64,000 nucleotides of DNA. It comes from Leptospira biflexa. Lineage in GTDB: Bacteria; Spirochaetota; Leptospiria; Turneriellales; DYLW01. The stretch's first letter is position 1. The number at the start of each line of letters is the position of its first letter. The notes beneath the pieces are model-generated. The model did no database searches, was not told where the DNA came from, and was given only the letters and a program-made list of their open reading frames with translations. Location: the NCBI GenBank assembly GCA_020721865.1, contig DYLW01000002.1, positions 62,591-126,590 on the forward strand, read 5' to 3'. Below, piece after piece: positions 1 through 9,991 of this stretch. The position numbers were made by a program, and so were the translations under genes.

Positions 1-1208
1 CCCGCATAAAACATGGGAATAAACCCGCCCATACTGTGTCCCATCACGATAATTTTATCCTCCGGATAATTCTGCCGTAACCATTGGAGAGCTGTGGGAA
101 AATCTTCCTGAATATAATCATCAATGGTCCACCCTTCCCGTATCCGACCGCTGGGCAGGGTCAATTCCGAACGTCCCCGCATATCCAGAGAAAAAACCGG
201 ATAACCATAATGGATGGTCATTTCACGGGCAAGCCGGTCCATCAGGGAGCGATTGCAGAAAAACCCGGGAAGCATTACCACAATGGTGTGGGTATTGTTT
301 CTTTCCTGGGGGAGGAACCGTTTGAAGCTGATGCTATATCCGTTTGTGGTGGGAACCGTATAGCTGGCATCCAGCCGATAGTACTTGCCGTTGATGTAGG
401 ATTTGGATATGATGGATTTAACCGGCTTTAATTGTTTGCCATATCGGGTATAGAATATCTTCTCCCGTATGGAGCGGGTATCAATTTTCTCAATGGCTCT
501 CCGGGCTGCGTAATCATCCTTCCCTCGGTTTAACTGGTTTTCCACTATTTCAGAAATCGCCTGGAACAGGGATTTTAACTGAAGCTCGATTTCCTTTTGT
601 TTATCCTCTGTGATTGCCTTCCGGTAAATTCCCCAAATTACCCCAATGGGATGATCATTCACAAAAAGCGGAATTCCGGCGGCGTAATTCATGGTGGGGG
701 TCATCAGTGTCCGCACTTTGGGATGGAGTCTTTTATCTTCTTTCAGATTAACAAATTCTACATCCGGCATCTCTCCATTGTGGATTTTTTTCATGGAGGA
801 GCGGATCATTCTGGCACTCAGGTTTTTTTCATGATACATCCGGATGGGCTTTGTCTTTTGTATGAAACTATTCAGTTCTTTGGGGATGACTCCGTTTGCG
901 TATTCCTTCATCATGAAGTGGGAGGAGGATGTCACAATTTTTAAATTGGGTGCCTGGACATATTCAAATACGGCATGATCAAAGATCGGCTGATCATTTG
1001 AATATGTCATGGAGACCATTTTATTGGTAAATGAACCCCATACTTTTCTTAAAAATTTCTCAGTATCGTTGGCAACCGGAAGAATATAAATTTCGTCTAC
1101 TTCCGGGCAATAAGTCATTTCATTCAGGGGAACCACCCGTGACCGGATGATCTTTCGCTTTTTTTCCTTATTTTTACCAAAAAAATTTAAGCTACCTGTT
1201 GCAAGCAT
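1..1208 (-). CDS. Alpha/beta-hydrolase fold protein with an N-terminal GAF-like region; the 3-prime end runs off the window edge
   Basis: Absent from the ORF track because no stop lies inside the window. I checked every minus-strand codon in this frame from ATG at 1208 to position 1 and found no stop (402 codons, MLATGSLNFFGKNKEKK...). The C-terminal part reads HTIVVMLPGFF...SLDMRGRS...KIIVMGHSMGGFIPMFYA, a GxSxG nucleophile elbow. It starts 11 nt after the stop of ORF 1219..2115. Confidence 0.7.
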   Translation of the reverse strand, partial: MLATGSLNFFGKNKEKKRKIIRSRVVPLNEMTYCPEVDEIYILPVANDTEKFLRKVWGSFTNKMVSMTYSNDQPIFDHAVFEYVQAPNLKIVTSSSHFMMKEYANGVIPKELNSFIQKTKPIRMYHEKNLSARMIRSSMKKIHNGEMPDVEFVNLKEDKRLHPKVRTLMTPTMNYAAGIPLFVNDHPIGVIWGIYRKAITEDKQKEIELQLKSLFQAISEIVENQLNRGKDDYAARRAIEKIDTRSIREKIFYTRYGKQLKPVKSIISKSYINGKYYRLDASYTVPTTNGYSISFKRFLPQERNNTHTIVVMLPGFFCNRSLMDRLAREMTIHYGYPVFSLDMRGRSELTLPSGRIREGWTIDDYIQEDFPTALQWLRQNYPEDKIIVMGHSMGGFIPMFYA

Positions 1209-1218
1209 GTATCCTCCA

Positions 1219-2115
1219 TCAATGCGTTATAATACGAAATATTATCGGTATCACCAACGTACCATCTTTGATAAGTTCCGCCGGGGGCAAACCAAAATTT
1301 CTGGAAAAGAAGATTGCATCCAGCAGGGACTTATCCAGCGAACGGTAACCCAGAGACTGGTGGACTTTCGCATCCAGAACATTGCCACGTTCATCCAGTA
1401 GAAAAACAATCCTCACATCCTGATTGGGGAAGGAGGAAAACCTGGTATACCCCGGAGTTGGGGACATGGAATGGTAATCATCATCGTATATGGGATAAGG
1501 AATACCACCGGGTGGAGCCCAGTTCCCTTTTATTTTCTCCAGCATGGATCGGAAATACTGAAAATGCTTGAAATCTTTGGAAGGAATACGCGGAGATCCG
1601 GTTAAATCCCATGCGAGAGCAAACCTGTCACGAAACTGATAATGGGTGGGGATTTTCCGCAAAGCAGAGGCGGAGTGCACTGTTCGTTCTATATTTTTGA
1701 GTGGAGACTGCAACGCTGCAAGGGTGATCTGAAAATCTGCACCCCTAAAAGTATTTATTACTATGCTCCGGGGCACCAGGATTTCTTCATTCCACTCCAG
1801 CACATCGTCCCTGGAAAGGGCCTCAAAGCCTTTTTCTTTTGTGAGTCTCCCCCTGGCTTTCATTTCCTGATCAGAAAGAAACACCATTTCCTTTTTTTCT
1901 TTAGGGGATTTTTCTTTGGGGTTTTCAATCAATACTCTGATTTCTTTCTGGGATTCATTTTCCAGAGAGTTTTTAATTTTCTCTTCCGCCTCAGAAAGGT
2001 ATATCCAGCGGGGAAATTGCAAAGCATACAGAAAAAAGATAATTATCCAGAAGCTGAAATGGAAAAAAATGGAGAATCTTTCCTGATCCTTTGGTGGCGG
2101 GTATCCGGATTCCAT
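1219..2115 (-). CDS. Membrane-anchored protein with TonB C-terminal-like domain
   Basis: N-terminal TM segment (FSIFFHFSFWIIIFFLYAL) and a Lys/Glu-rich linker. The C-terminus VRIVFLLDERGNVLDAKVHQSLGYRSLDKSLLDAI..F resembles the TonB_C pattern. Confidence 0.5.
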   Translation of the reverse strand: MESGYPPPKDQERFSIFFHFSFWIIIFFLYALQFPRWIYLSEAEEKIKNSLENESQKEIRVLIENPKEKSPKEKKEMVFLSDQEMKARGRLTKEKGFEALSRDDVLEWNEEILVPRSIVINTFRGADFQITLAALQSPLKNIERTVHSASALRKIPTHYQFRDRFALAWDLTGSPRIPSKDFKHFQYFRSMLEKIKGNWAPPGGIPYPIYDDDYHSMSPTPGYTRFSSFPNQDVRIVFLLDERGNVLDAKVHQSLGYRSLDKSLLDAIFFSRNFGLPPAELIKDGTLVIPIIFRIITH

Positions 2116-2128
2116 ATCCGCTCAAGCC

Positions 2129-2920
2129 TCAAAGCTCTTCCCAGGTGAATTCCGGCCATGTAAATGTAAGTGCCCCGTATTGCATATTTTTCAGCATTTT
2201 TTCATAGGCAACTTTTTCCTCCGGATGGATTTTTTCCAGAAGACGTGCCCCTTCCTGTGCCTTGGGAATATTTCCGAATTTATAGTAAACCAGCATATTC
2301 AGGAATATTTTTTTTCGAATGGCTTCCGTGTTTTGGGAAAGCTCATAGAGCTTCATGTTTTCCAGAATGTGAACCGCAGCCGGATACTGGTATAAATCCT
2401 TTGCGAGGATGAGAGCATGCAGAATGCCGATTTTTTTCATCTCCGGCCGGACTTTTTTTTTCAGGATTTTCTCTGCGTTTTTGGACTGCCCACTTTTTCT
2501 GAGGAGATCGGAAAGAATGAAGAGGGATTTTTCTGAGAAGCAGGTTTTCTTTGCAAATGCATCCGTCAGAAATTTCATGGCACCCTCTTTCTGGTTTTCC
2601 GCAATCATCACTTCCGCTAATAACTCACAGGCAAGATTCTTATCCTTTTCACGGCTTAATCCCGGCATTGCATTGCGGAGATTACGCAGGGCGATGGGCC
2701 GGGTCAGCTCATTGCGGGACATGAGAACGGAAATCCCCAGGAGTGCCCGTGGATGATCCGGATCATCCCTTAGGGCTTCATTGAATGCATCCAGTGCACT
2801 GATCTCTTTTTTCTGCTCCAGAAAGCGAAAACCCTCATCCGCTTTTCTGGATGCGTTCCCACAAGAGACCATGGCAAACATTCCCAGAATGATTGCCGTA
2901 AAATAAATTCTTTTTATCAC
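2129..2920 (-). CDS. TPR-like lipoprotein
   Basis: Signal peptide with lipobox (ILGMFAMVSC). Helical repeat composition. Overlaps the upstream gene by 4 bp. Confidence 0.55.
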   Translation of the reverse strand: MIKRIYFTAIILGMFAMVSCGNASRKADEGFRFLEQKKEISALDAFNEALRDDPDHPRALLGISVLMSRNELTRPIALRNLRNAMPGLSREKDKNLACELLAEVMIAENQKEGAMKFLTDAFAKKTCFSEKSLFILSDLLRKSGQSKNAEKILKKKVRPEMKKIGILHALILAKDLYQYPAAVHILENMKLYELSQNTEAIRKKIFLNMLVYYKFGNIPKAQEGARLLEKIHPEEKVAYEKMLKNMQYGALTFTWPEFTWEEL

Positions 2921-3861
2921 GGTGTTTCTTTTTTACCTTCCAGCTTTATTTCTTCATAAGGCACCAGAATGGGATCAACCTGATAACGGGGAATTTTCAT
3001 CCAGTATGGATTTTCTGTGGAACGGAATACCAGCTCATTATCTTTAACATTATAAATTTCCACCTCCACTTCCTGGTCGTTGGCCAGCATGATTGCAATC
3101 TTGCTTTCCAGTTTTCCGGGAGTACCGTCATAAAATGATGAACCTTCCAGTTTCCGGAGTCCATCCAGAATTGCTTTGATTCTATCGGATTTAGCATCGG
3201 AGACAATGGCTCCCCAGTTCACATGCCAGACACCTTTTTCATTTTTTTCCAGACGATAGCGGTTTTTCCCGGTAAAAATCACTTGTTGTACATCATTGAC
3301 GTTAATGTTGAACGCTTTCTTATCGCGGTATACATCGGCCTCTGAACGCCACTCATCCCGGAGGGCTCCTTTTACCGAATATACTTCTTTTTCCGGAACC
3401 AGTCTCACCATGGTGGAGTTGTGAGTTTCCGCAGATTTTCCAATAAAAACCACATACTTCTTTCCGCCTTCGGTTTCCAGTTCCAGAGACATATCATTAT
3501 CAGAGACTTTATACTCTTCATAACGGGCAGCATCCGAAGTTACCTCATTGAATTTGCGTATCTGGAAGAGTTTTTTCAGCCGGTCATCCAGAGCCTTTTT
3601 GTCTGCATTATATTTGAAGGCTTCCTCCCCTTTATGGAAGGAGAGTACCCAGACGTCATTTTCTTTGATAAATTTTTTATCAATATCTTTTCCCTGCATG
3701 ACTTTGATGCTTTTTAACTGGTCAATATTTTCCAGTTCAAAAAACCGTTCGGCGTCTTCATATTTTCTTTCCAGGAGAGAAAAAGGGTCCTGGATTAAAA
3801 AACCCATCAACAGCAGGATTGTCGCAGACGCGAGGAGTATAACGTTTGGTTTTTTAAGCAT
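2917..3861 (-). CDS. DUF4340-like protein accessory to a GldG-type ABC system
   Basis: N-terminal TM anchor. It lies immediately downstream of the GldG-like gene with an 8 bp overlap, the usual position for DUF4340 proteins. Confidence 0.55.
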   Translation of the reverse strand: MLKKPNVILLASATILLLMGFLIQDPFSLLERKYEDAERFFELENIDQLKSIKVMQGKDIDKKFIKENDVWVLSFHKGEEAFKYNADKKALDDRLKKLFQIRKFNEVTSDAARYEEYKVSDNDMSLELETEGGKKYVVFIGKSAETHNSTMVRLVPEKEVYSVKGALRDEWRSEADVYRDKKAFNINVNDVQQVIFTGKNRYRLEKNEKGVWHVNWGAIVSDAKSDRIKAILDGLRKLEGSSFYDGTPGKLESKIAIMLANDQEVEVEIYNVKDNELVFRSTENPYWMKIPRYQVDPILVPYEEIKLEGKKETP

Positions 3862-5593
3862 GATCTTCTCCTTTGTGTTTGTTTATTTCTGTTTCCGTGT
3901 TTTTTCTGGAAAAAATGTTGCCCGGAATCTTAAAGGAAAACTCTCCGGAAAGAGCCCGCTTTTTCAGATAAATCCATATAAAAATGGATATGATGATAAA
4001 AAATGGAAACCCAATGTTCAGTATAGTAAAAATATTTTTCTCCGCATTATCCATGGATTTCATCTGCGGTGCGGCCTGGTTTTTCTTGCGTAATTCCAGA
4101 AGCTCATTCATTCCGTTTAAAACATCCACACTGGAATGGATGAAGCTCAGGTTGATCCCCTGGCTACGCTGGATTCCAAAATCAGTGAAAGCATAGGAAG
4201 AAGAAACCGCCAGAATGGACGATGCATTGATGGATGCCTGGAGAAACTCCTTCTTTACATCCGCAGGCAGATTTTTGGGCAGATCCTTTCCGGCAAAATA
4301 ACTCTGCCATTTCCCCTTGAGGAGAACTGCCAGATTTTCGCTTCCGGTGGCACGTTTTACTTTTTCATCCTTGGGCTGGGACATGGCTTCCGGTACAATG
4401 TACACCATATTGTCCTGGACATAGGATTCCAGTGAAGAGCGGGCAAGGATCTGTGCGGTATAGGATGTTTCTGCGGGAGGAGGGGTCTGGTTTTTCCCGT
4501 CCTGTGCTCCCGCTGGTTTCCCCGGATTGTGGATTTTTATGGAACTGGAGTATGGCATAAAAATCGCTTTGATATCTTTGGTGATGATGCTGGAAGGATC
4601 CATCTGCCCGGAAGGGATCACTGCCCATGCGGGATACGGATATTCCATGGCCTCAAACATATTCACCCGGCGGACAAGCGGTAAATGCTGCCGTGGTTCC
4701 ATGACCATATTACCGCCAATTTCCACACCGTAATGTGTAAAAAAATCGGCCAGCTCCCGACGCACCGGAAATGCCATAGAATTCTGAAAATTTACCTGCA
4801 TCCCGGAAGCGGAGAGAATCACATTGCCACCCTTCATAATATACTGGTCAATCCGGTATTGATCCATCTCTTCAATGCCGGCCAGATCCGGGATGATGAG
4901 AACAGATACATCCGCCGGGACATCCCCGGATTTCAGATTCACAGAAACCAGATTTCCATACGTGGGTTCAATACTTTCGTTCAGGTACCCAAAAGACCCA
5001 AACGGATTATTTTCATCGGAGACATTAAAATTACCGGAGTTTACCAGAAGCCCAACCTTTCTTTCATTGGGCCGGACAAACCGATGAATGGTGGATGTGA
5101 GCTGGTATTCCATTTCTCCTGTGTCCACAATATTGGCGATTACTTTCTTTTCATCCCCGTAGATCACCACAGCGGAAAGATACGGCCGTTTCACCCCGCC
5201 CTCTCCCTTCTGGCGGTCAATCATCTCAATAGTGGCCGGTTTCACGCCCAGCTCATTGGCACGGTTACGTGCGTCTTCGTTTTTATCCGGATCTGATATC
5301 CGCAGTTCAATTTTCCGGGAATTCAGATTGGCATACTCCTGCAAAAAATCCCTGGAAAATTTCATGGGCTGGATCAATTGGTCAGGCAGATCATCAGAAA
5401 TGAATGCCTCAATTTTCAAAAGATCCGGAATTTCTTTGACCACCTTCCGGGTGGATTCTGTCATACGGAGCCGTCCATCCCGGGAAACATCAAAACGCAG
5501 ATAAAGACCATAGCTCACCCAGTTCAGGAGCAACAGGTTCAGAATGATTAAAATCGTGGTGATTTTTTTATCTTGTATTATTTTATTCCACAT
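3854..5593 (-). CDS. GldG-like ABC transporter auxiliary component
   Basis: N- and C-terminal TM anchors. FISDDLPDQL...FLQEYANLNSRKIELRISDPDKNEDARNRANELGVKP matches the GldG-family pattern. It follows the ABC-2 permease and ATPase genes. Confidence 0.7.
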   Translation of the reverse strand: MWNKIIQDKKITTILIILNLLLLNWVSYGLYLRFDVSRDGRLRMTESTRKVVKEIPDLLKIEAFISDDLPDQLIQPMKFSRDFLQEYANLNSRKIELRISDPDKNEDARNRANELGVKPATIEMIDRQKGEGGVKRPYLSAVVIYGDEKKVIANIVDTGEMEYQLTSTIHRFVRPNERKVGLLVNSGNFNVSDENNPFGSFGYLNESIEPTYGNLVSVNLKSGDVPADVSVLIIPDLAGIEEMDQYRIDQYIMKGGNVILSASGMQVNFQNSMAFPVRRELADFFTHYGVEIGGNMVMEPRQHLPLVRRVNMFEAMEYPYPAWAVIPSGQMDPSSIITKDIKAIFMPYSSSIKIHNPGKPAGAQDGKNQTPPPAETSYTAQILARSSLESYVQDNMVYIVPEAMSQPKDEKVKRATGSENLAVLLKGKWQSYFAGKDLPKNLPADVKKEFLQASINASSILAVSSSYAFTDFGIQRSQGINLSFIHSSVDVLNGMNELLELRKKNQAAPQMKSMDNAEKNIFTILNIGFPFFIIISIFIWIYLKKRALSGEFSFKIPGNIFSRKNTETEINKHKGEDHA

Positions 5594-5607
5594 AGTTTTC
5601 TCCTCCC

Positions 5608-6342
5608 TCAGCGGGATCTCTCCACAGCCCGCATGTTCAGATACAGGAATGCGAAAATAAATCCGGCAAAATAGATTATGTCCCTGGTATCCAGAAGCCC
5701 CCGGTACATGGCATCAAAATGCCAGCTCACAGATAAATACGCCACCACACTTTTAAAAGACCCCAGATGCTGCAGGATTGGATGATAGTTCATCAAAAAA
5801 AGCAAAAAAACTGCCGCAAAAGAGAGTAAAAACGCAATGATCTGGTCACGGCTCAACCAGGAAAGGTATAACCCCAGTGCGGTATAGGCTGCTCCCATCA
5901 GAAAAGCCCCCAGATATCCGCCCAGAATCACCATGATGTCCGGGGATGCCGCGTATATGACTGTCACCGGAAGAAACAGGGTGGTTCCCAGGGCAATGGC
6001 CAGAAAAACCAGGGCAGCAAAATATTTCCCCAGGATTATTTCCACGGTCTCAAAGGGCAGGGTGAATAACACCTCAATGGTTCCACTGCGTTTTTCTTCC
6101 GCCCACAGCCGCATGGTAATGGTGGGAATGAAAATAACATAGGCAATCCGCAGACTCTCAAAAAAAGAATCAATGGATCTCCCTCTTTCCCAGAATTGGG
6201 CGATGGAAAAAACAAAGAGCAGGATGATGACATGGAATACGGCCAGAAAGATATAGCCAATTGGCGTGTTAAAATAATTGGCCAGCTCCCGGCGGTAAAC
6301 CACGGACACATTTTTAAAATTAATATTCAAATTCCACTTCAT
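5608..6342 (-). CDS. ABC-2 type permease (GldF-like)
   Basis: Polytopic membrane protein. I prefer the internal ATG at 6342 (MKWNLNINFKN...) because it is preceded by GAGGGGGG and lies after the ATPase stop at 6354. The longer track ORF to 6438 overlaps the ATPase gene. Confidence 0.8.
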   Translation of the reverse strand: MKWNLNINFKNVSVVYRRELANYFNTPIGYIFLAVFHVIILLFVFSIAQFWERGRSIDSFFESLRIAYVIFIPTITMRLWAEEKRSGTIEVLFTLPFETVEIILGKYFAALVFLAIALGTTLFLPVTVIYAASPDIMVILGGYLGAFLMGAAYTALGLYLSWLSRDQIIAFLLSFAAVFLLFLMNYHPILQHLGSFKSVVAYLSVSWHFDAMYRGLLDTRDIIYFAGFIFAFLYLNMRAVERSR

Positions 6343-6353
6343 ATTTTCCCCCC

Positions 6354-7295
6354 TCAAACTTTTTGATTCTGGATAGTGAGATCCCGGAACACAGATTCCA
6401 GGGAAAATTTTTCCCGGTACAGCTCCAGCAGAAGCCACTGGTTTTTCACCACCAGACGGTATAAATCCAGACTGGTCTCTTTTGCATCCCGATTGGATGT
6501 GATACTGATCAGGGTTTCTCCGGAAGGAGTAAATTCCACCCCGGCAATACTCACTCCCGGAATTTCTTTTTCAATCAGGGAATCCAGATTGTCCACAATC
6601 CCCTTGAGTGTCAGGCGGATTCCGGAAGCCCCCTTCTGCATATTGGAAATTTCCTCCAGAGACTTATCCATCACAATTTTACCCTCATGGATAATGATGG
6701 CCCTCTGGCTTGTTGCTTCCACTTCCTTGAGTATGTGAGTACTGAGTATAATGGTTTTTTCTTTGGACAGCCCCTTGATCAGGCCCTGGATTTCCACAAT
6801 CTGGTTGGGATCCAGTCCCGATGTGGGCTCATCCAGAATCAGGATTTCCGGATTATGGATCAACGCGGCCGCCAGACCCACCCTCTGCCGGTAGCCTTTG
6901 GATAAAACAGAGATAGGACGGTAAAAATGATCACCCAGAGAGGTTTGGGAAACCACTCTTTCAATGGCATCCTTTTTATTGTCCACATTCCGGGCGGCGG
7001 CCATAAAATCCAGATAATCACAGACCATCATATCGGAATAGGAAGCAGAACTCTCCGGCAGATACCCAATCATAGCCTGTATTTCTCTTTTACTTTTGGA
7101 GATACTTTTCCCGCCGATTTGTATCTCTCCGGAATCCGCATTATAATAACCGGTGAGCATTCTCATGGTAGTGGTTTTTCCCGCTCCGTTAGGCCCCAGC
7201 AGTCCCACAACCTCTCCTTTAGCAACGGAAAAAGAGATATCCCGTACAACCGGACGCTCTTCAAAGCTTTTGCAAAGACCTTTGACTTGTATCAT
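6354..7295 (-). CDS. ABC transporter ATP-binding protein (GldA-like)
   Basis: Walker A GPNGAGKTT, signature LSKGYRQR and Walker B ILILDEPTSGLD. Confidence 0.9.
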   Translation of the reverse strand: MIQVKGLCKSFEERPVVRDISFSVAKGEVVGLLGPNGAGKTTTMRMLTGYYNADSGEIQIGGKSISKSKREIQAMIGYLPESSASYSDMMVCDYLDFMAAARNVDNKKDAIERVVSQTSLGDHFYRPISVLSKGYRQRVGLAAALIHNPEILILDEPTSGLDPNQIVEIQGLIKGLSKEKTIILSTHILKEVEATSQRAIIIHEGKIVMDKSLEEISNMQKGASGIRLTLKGIVDNLDSLIEKEIPGVSIAGVEFTPSGETLISITSNRDAKETSLDLYRLVVKNQWLLLELYREKFSLESVFRDLTIQNQKV

Positions 7296-7403
7296 AGTTG
7301 ATTAGCAAAATAGATGAAACCCGACGTCAAGATTTTTCTTTCCAAAATACATCCTTGACACGCCATCCATCATTCGCACTTTATTATGTCACATTGATAC
7401 TAT

Positions 7404-8513
7404 ATGGAATCCTGCATCCACAACGGCAACTCAATAAAAGAAATACTATTTTATCAGTTGAAACCTGATAATCTGGCAGGTGCACGTGCCATGGAAACCC
7501 TTTTGAAAGAGTTATCTTTCCGTGGCAATGTTATCTTCGCGGATACGGAGTCTGGATTGCTGCAGAATGCCACCATGCACTCGCTGGTGGTCTCCCCTCT
7601 ATCCTCTCGTGGGCGGCTGGGAAATCTGATGTTCCATCACGGTATTGCCCATTACGTGTCCTTACGGGACTTTCTGATACACGGATCACAAATGGTTCTG
7701 GCCGGGGAGGATAATGTGATTCCCAAGGAGAGGGTGATTCTGGCATTTCTGCCCATGCACATCGAAAACCTTATCCATTCCATATTATACCGTTTGGGAT
7801 ACCAGGTTTCCCTGGCTCACTCCGCCGCTATGCTCACCAAACTTCTGGAATCCAGACACTGCTGTATGATTCTGGATTCGGATATATCTTATTTCCAGTC
7901 AAAAATTCGGGCGAAACGGGAGAGCATGTTCAGGGAGATCCGTAAGAGTATGGATAACAATCCGGATTTTTCCATCATTCTGCTCAAGGATTTTGACCAG
8001 GGGAGTCTTTTTGAAGATATGCAGTCCAGCATCCGCCAGATTTCCAATATTCTGCTGAGCCCGCAGGAGTTTCTCCTTTTTTTGTTAAAATTTATTTCCG
8101 CTTTTTCCTATGATCTGAATACCTCCCTGTACCAGAAAAACATCAACAGTAATCCGTATTTACCGGAGAACAAGCCATTCAATGTGAAATCCATCGGCGT
8201 GAATTTTAAAAACATGAAAGAAACCTTTTATAAAATGGCCGATGGGGGCGTGATAGAAAGGATGCAGAAAAATCGCGAATATATTCATACCTTGGAAAAA
8301 AACGCCATTTTTCTCCAACCCTTTCTATGGCTGGAGAATTACCTTCTTCACACGGAAGCGAATGCCAGTAGAGAATCCTTTACTTTTATTTCACGCCCAC
8401 CGGAATTTTCTGCCGGAAATTCCATGGAAAAAGTGGAACCTTTCCATAAGAAGAAAGATGTACCCCAGGACAACGGTTCTATTTTTTCTCTGCCACCTTC
8501 CTCCGTGGAATGA
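7404..8513 (+). CDS. Hypothetical protein with a degenerate receiver-like segment
   Basis: 369 aa ORF with an ATG start. RVILAFLPMH...GYQVSLAHSAAMLTKLLESRHCCMILDSDI resembles a REC domain lacking the acidic pocket. The last 55 codons overlap manA antisense. Confidence 0.45.
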   Translation: MESCIHNGNSIKEILFYQLKPDNLAGARAMETLLKELSFRGNVIFADTESGLLQNATMHSLVVSPLSSRGRLGNLMFHHGIAHYVSLRDFLIHGSQMVLAGEDNVIPKERVILAFLPMHIENLIHSILYRLGYQVSLAHSAAMLTKLLESRHCCMILDSDISYFQSKIRAKRESMFREIRKSMDNNPDFSIILLKDFDQGSLFEDMQSSIRQISNILLSPQEFLLFLLKFISAFSYDLNTSLYQKNINSNPYLPENKPFNVKSIGVNFKNMKETFYKMADGGVIERMQKNREYIHTLEKNAIFLQPFLWLENYLLHTEANASRESFTFISRPPEFSAGNSMEKVEPFHKKKDVPQDNGSIFSLPPSSVE

Positions 8514-9331
8514 AAACGGATACGGGCATCTTCCCCAAAATACGTGATCACTTCAAAGTTTTTATCCACGCGGAATATTTTTCCGGGGGTGACAAGAGAA
8601 TCGCTTTTTTCTATCTTAAGCTTGAAATATTTCTCATCCAGCGGATCATAATTTTTCTGGATTCTCACATTCTGTTTCCGGATAACTTTTTTGGAATCTT
8701 CCAGATGCAACTCCCTCCCCCGCCCAAAGTCATAGATGCGGTATGTGAAGTCAGAGGGTTGCTGGATTTCATAAAAAAGAATTTCTCCCTTTGTTCCATG
8801 CACCAGCCCGGGAGTCAGTATAAAAATATCCCCTTTTCCTGGAATGTAGGAATAAAAATGTCGCAGGGCGTCTTCCTCTTCCATCAGTTTTTCAATCCGG
8901 GAAATATCCACGTTGTTCCGGATCCCCAGATAAAGAGCAGAGCCTTCCTTTGCGTCCAGGATCACCCAGCTTTCCATTTTACCGGAGCCTTTGATCCCCA
9001 TGGACTTCAGATCCTCATCCGATGGGTGCACCTGTATGGAGAGATTATCTTTTGTGGATAACACCTTCAAAAGGAGAGGAAATTCCTGTGGAAACGCATC
9101 GGCGGTCTGGTGCTTCCATATTTCCGGGGCCTTATGTGCCCAGTAGTCTTGGAACGCCATCGTTTCCGATGTGTGCACATCCACCGCCCGGACGGGAAAG
9201 ACATCCAAGGCAGAAGCCAGGATCATCTCTCCCACAGGATGATTTTCCGTGGCGGTGAGGTGGTTCAGATAATCTCCTCCCCAGGGTTTTTTTACGTAAT
9301 ACGGCTCCAATCGCAGTGGATTATTCTTCAT
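8348..9331 (-). CDS. manA: Mannose-6-phosphate isomerase, class I
   Basis: The N-terminus LEPYYVKKPWGG, then LSIQVHPSD and LTPGLVHGT, are cupin metal-site motifs typical of type I PMI. Confidence 0.8.
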   Translation of the reverse strand: MKNNPLRLEPYYVKKPWGGDYLNHLTATENHPVGEMILASALDVFPVRAVDVHTSETMAFQDYWAHKAPEIWKHQTADAFPQEFPLLLKVLSTKDNLSIQVHPSDEDLKSMGIKGSGKMESWVILDAKEGSALYLGIRNNVDISRIEKLMEEEDALRHFYSYIPGKGDIFILTPGLVHGTKGEILFYEIQQPSDFTYRIYDFGRGRELHLEDSKKVIRKQNVRIQKNYDPLDEKYFKLKIEKSDSLVTPGKIFRVDKNFEVITYFGEDARIRFHSTEEGGREKIEPLSWGTSFFLWKGSTFSMEFPAENSGGREIKVKDSLLAFASV

Positions 9332-9983
9332 TGGTATCTCCTTGAAAGGATGTTTGTTCAGGGCGGTGATTTTGTAAATACTTTATTGTCCGGTGCATAT
9401 CGGAAAGATGGGGAACATGGAGAGTGGTAAACCCCAGATTTCCGGCCGCATGGATATTCTCTTCCCGGTCATCCATAAAAAGGATATTCTCCGGTTCCAC
9501 CCCCAGCCGATGTGCGGCGATACGAAAAATCTCCCCTTCCGGTTTTCTGGACTGCAGCTCATAGGATGTGAAAAACGTATGAAAATGAGAGATGATCTCC
9601 GGATATTTCTTCCGAACAAAATGAATATGCACCGCATTTGTGTTGCTTAACACACTCAAATGGAACGATTTTTTTGCCTGTAGCAGAAGCTCCTCCACGC
9701 CCGCCACCGGACGCACAATCTCCAGATTAAATCCATGGATGAAATCCTCTTCCCGGATTTTTTTCTGCCATCGGCCTTCCAGATGCCGCATCAGGACATG
9801 ATAGTCAATTTGTCCTTTTTCAAAACGGAAGTACACATCCATCGGCAGTGGATCTGTATCCTCCCGAATCCGTGGGTCATCCAGAATTTCCGCAAAATAA
9901 TCCAAGGTCCGCTGGCGGTCGATTTCAAAAATAACATTTCCCAGATCAAACAGGAGTACTTTTATTCCGGAGAGATTGATCAT
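9321..9983 (-). CDS. HAD-superfamily hydrolase
   Basis: Motif I LLFDLGNV, SVLSNTN, and motif IV FMDDREENI. Confidence 0.8.
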   Translation of the reverse strand: MINLSGIKVLLFDLGNVIFEIDRQRTLDYFAEILDDPRIREDTDPLPMDVYFRFEKGQIDYHVLMRHLEGRWQKKIREEDFIHGFNLEIVRPVAGVEELLLQAKKSFHLSVLSNTNAVHIHFVRKKYPEIISHFHTFFTSYELQSRKPEGEIFRIAAHRLGVEPENILFMDDREENIHAAGNLGFTTLHVPHLSDMHRTIKYLQNHRPEQTSFQGDTNEE

Positions 9984-9991
9984 AAATTTGG

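Noticed and set aside
84-944. Plus-strand ORFs 84..431 and 597..944 at the window start.
   Set aside because: Both are antisense to the fully open minus-strand hydrolase frame, which carries a GxSxG motif. They have no motifs of their own.
7355-7387. TTGACA at 7355-7360 as the promoter -35 box for the 7404 gene.
   Set aside because: The best -10-like hexamer (TATTAT, 7382-7387) is 21 nt away, and hexamers at 17-18 nt spacing are poor.
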